Assembly (NCBI GenBank): GCA_038245295.1
Contig: JBBRSP010000003.1
Location: 128,001 to 192,000, forward strand
Direction of reading: 5' to 3'
Length of the DNA: 64,000 nucleotides
Source of the DNA: Candidatus Binatia bacterium
Lineage (GTDB): Bacteria; Desulfobacterota; Binatia; HRBIN30
Below, piece after piece: positions 61,984 through 64,000 of this stretch (its first letter is position 1; every line of letters starts with the position of its first letter). A program made the position numbers and the translations under genes. The notes under the pieces were generated by a model that ran no database searches, was not told the DNA's origin, and saw only the letters and a program-made list of their open reading frames with translations.

Positions 61984-62511
61984 CTAGCGTCCCACCTTCA
62001 GATCGCGCAAGGCGGCGAGCGGCGAATCGCGGCTTGCCTCTTTGCAGGTACAACCCGCTTCATTCAGGTTGATGCCGCAGTTCGGGCACAGTCCCTTGCA
62101 GTCCTCGCTACACAGCGGCCGCGTCGGCAGCGCCAGGATGATCGGGTCATCGGCCATGGGGCCGATGTCGACGATATCGCCCTCGTAGTAGCTCAGTCCG
62201 ACTTCGTCGGCTTCCGCGACCACCGGTGTGCCGATGGCAGGACGCGGGAAAAGCACGTTGTGAAACCCGGTATTGATCTCGAAATCGTAGTTTTCGGTGC
62301 AACGCCCGCAGTGGCCGACGACGGGGACGTCGACCCTCCCATTGAAGAACAGCTCCTCGCCAGAGCGGTAATAGTCGAGTTTGATCTTGGCGCTGTGGAG
62401 GAACTCGAAATCGCGGGCGCCGTGGACGAGCCTCTCTTCGAGACTCGTTAGCGGCTGATCATAGACGAGGCGTTTTGGCGCCTCCTCGATTTCGTGGACG
62501 TTCAGTTTCAC
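61984..62511 (-). CDS. yceD: DUF177/YceD family protein
   Basis: CGRC; LCSEDCKGLCPNCG..LN; upstream of rpmF; GTG start. Confidence 0.9.
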   Translation of the reverse strand: MKLNVHEIEEAPKRLVYDQPLTSLEERLVHGARDFEFLHSAKIKLDYYRSGEELFFNGRVDVPVVGHCGRCTENYDFEINTGFHNVLFPRPAIGTPVVAEADEVGLSYYEGDIVDIGPMADDPIILALPTRPLCSEDCKGLCPNCGINLNEAGCTCKEASRDSPLAALRDLKVGR

Positions 62512-62619
62512 CTTGCCAGTGCTCCAACACGGACCGCAGTGGCTAGCCAAGCCTTCCCGCAGCGTCAAGCAGCGGAGGCGCGGGGGGCAGGGCTTTCCAA
62601 GTCTGCTTGCACAGGGTCG

Positions 62620-62946
62620 TCAATCGCAGCCGCAAGAAATGTTCAACGCGTGACAGACGTCTCGCATTTTGTGCGGAGCCAAGCTTCCGACGTACTGATG
62701 CAGGTCGGACTGTCGTATGGTGAAGACATTCGTCAGGTTCACGCACGACACCTGCTTCAAGCCATCCTCGGGGCCGACTGCCACTTCGGTTGGGGCGCCG
62801 CGCAGGGTTGACGTGATGGCGGCCACCGTCACCGTGTGTAGAACCTTGAGGAGCGAGGAACGGCTGAGAATCAACACCGGCCTCCGGCGGTCGGGGCTCG
62901 GCAATTTCAGCATCCAGATTTCGCCGCGCGCTACCTCTCGGGCCAC
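62620..62946 (-). CDS. mazF: MazF/PemK-family toxin
   Basis: RGEIW; RRPVLILSR; ITS; overlaps the antitoxin ORF. Confidence 0.9.
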   Translation of the reverse strand: MAREVARGEIWMLKLPSPDRRRPVLILSRSSLLKVLHTVTVAAITSTLRGAPTEVAVGPEDGLKQVSCVNLTNVFTIRQSDLHQYVGSLAPHKMRDVCHALNISCGCD

Positions 62947-63173
62947 TCCTGCACCTCGATCAAGTCTTCGATCTCCCCCAGCAGGTCACCGCCTTTTCCC
63001 GAGTATGCACGTCGGATGGCGAGATCGACGTCACGGCGTTCTTTCGCCCTGAGGTAGAGCTCGACGGCCGAACGAATGAAGGCCGACCTTCCCCGCTTCT
63101 TGGTCTCGGGGTCGGTGTCGATCCGCTTTAACAACGCCTTCTCGATCGATACCTGTACGGGCTGCGATGGCAT
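62931..63173 (-). CDS. Ribbon-helix-helix antitoxin
   Basis: VQVSIEKALLKRID...RSAFIRSAV; acidic tail ending EWP; upstream of the toxin. Confidence 0.85.
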   Translation of the reverse strand: MPSQPVQVSIEKALLKRIDTDPETKKRGRSAFIRSAVELYLRAKERRDVDLAIRRAYSGKGGDLLGEIEDLIEVQEWPER

Positions 63174-63281
63174 GTTGGGACTATCCAGCAACATTCCTAA
63201 TGGGTCAACCCATCAGCCACGCATGACTGGACCTTCCGACGTGCTTCACTTTTCCCTGACCATCCGTTACAGCCGCGGGCG

Positions 63282-64000
63282 ATGGCGGCAGACCTGGTTC
63301 TCCTGGCGCAAGCGGTGGTGCGGCGTTTTTCGCATGTGACCGCGTTGAACGGCGTGTCGCTGTCGATCACGGCTGGTGAGAATGTGGCGTTGTTGGGGCC
63401 TAACGGTGCCGGCAAGAGCACCTTCTTGCGCACCGCGGCGACCCTATTGCAGCCGACGCGCGGCAGTCTGAGCCTCTTCGGTCTCGATGTGCGCACGCGC
63501 GGTGTCGCGGTGCGGCGCCGCATCGGCTTCCTCGGACACGACAGCTTCCTCTACCCTGACCTGACGCCGCGCGAGAATCTGGAGTTCTATGCGCGCATGT
63601 TTCGCCTGAGCGCGCCGGGCCCGCGCATCACCGAGTTACTAACGGACCTTGGTCTGACCGGCTGGGCCAATCGCCCTGTGCGCGGCCTGTCGCGCGGCTT
63701 GTCGCAGCGCTGCGCCCTGGCGCGGACGCTGTTGCACAGCCCCGATCTCTTGTTGCTCGACGAACCGTTCACCGGCCTCGACGTGGATGCCGCCGATGCT
63801 CTCGAGTCGCGGTTGCAGCAGGCGAGCCGCGAAGGGACGACGGTCATGCTGGCGACGCACGACCTCGAGCGCGCCGAGCGTGTGTGTAATCGCGTCATTG
63901 TTCTGCAGCGCGGCCGCGTTGCCGGCGACGAGGCGATGTCGAAGGACGAGACGTTGGCGCGCGTCTACACGCGCCTGGCACATTCAGCACCGCCGGAAGA
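63282..64000 (+). CDS. ccmA: ABC ATPase, CcmA-like; runs off the window end (not in ORF track)
   Basis: Hand translation: GPNGAGKST; FLGHDSFLYPDLTPRENL; LSRGLSQRCALAR; LLLDEPFTGLD. Confidence 0.8.
   Translation, partial: MAADLVLLAQAVVRRFSHVTALNGVSLSITAGENVALLGPNGAGKSTFLRTAATLLQPTRGSLSLFGLDVRTRGVAVRRRIGFLGHDSFLYPDLTPRENLEFYARMFRLSAPGPRITELLTDLGLTGWANRPVRGLSRGLSQRCALARTLLHSPDLLLLDEPFTGLDVDAADALESRLQQASREGTTVMLATHDLERAERVCNRVIVLQRGRVAGDEAMSKDETLARVYTRLAHSAPPE

Overview
GC-rich bacterial chromosomal segment, almost entirely core or lineage-typical genes. No CRISPR array, rRNA, integrase, transposase or reverse transcriptase was seen. Gene content and the secreted-protein style suggest Candidatus Binatia or a related deltaproteobacterial lineage (inference). 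Housekeeping blocks: greA; rimP-nusA-ylxR-infB-DUF503-rbfA-truB; a dnaA followed directly by groES-groEL; moaA; uppP; lexA; hemW; rfbA; tRNA-Arg(ACG); pgsA; nadB; a reduced yceD-rpmF-fabD-fabG-acpP-glyA cluster; a MazF/RHH toxin-antitoxin pair; a partial ccmA. Lipid or steroid-type catabolism: three family III CoA-transferases, an HMG-CoA-synthase-fold/DUF35 fusion with an SCP2-type thiolase, and a P450. The most unusual content is a set of Thr/Pro-linker surface proteins. The largest is ~1150 aa, with a cohesin-like domain, a ~900-aa Thr/Pro/Ser stalk and a dockerin-like domain, and lies next to a lone rfbA. Two FG-GAP proteins carry MYXO-CTERM-like tails. Also noted: a sigma-54 promoter with an upstream palindrome before an uncharacterised gene, a permease that seems to start at ACG, an orphan protein with a CLec-like C-terminus, a small membrane ORF missing from the ORF track, and several intergenic palindromic elements. 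All family assignments come from motifs read by eye; no searches were run.
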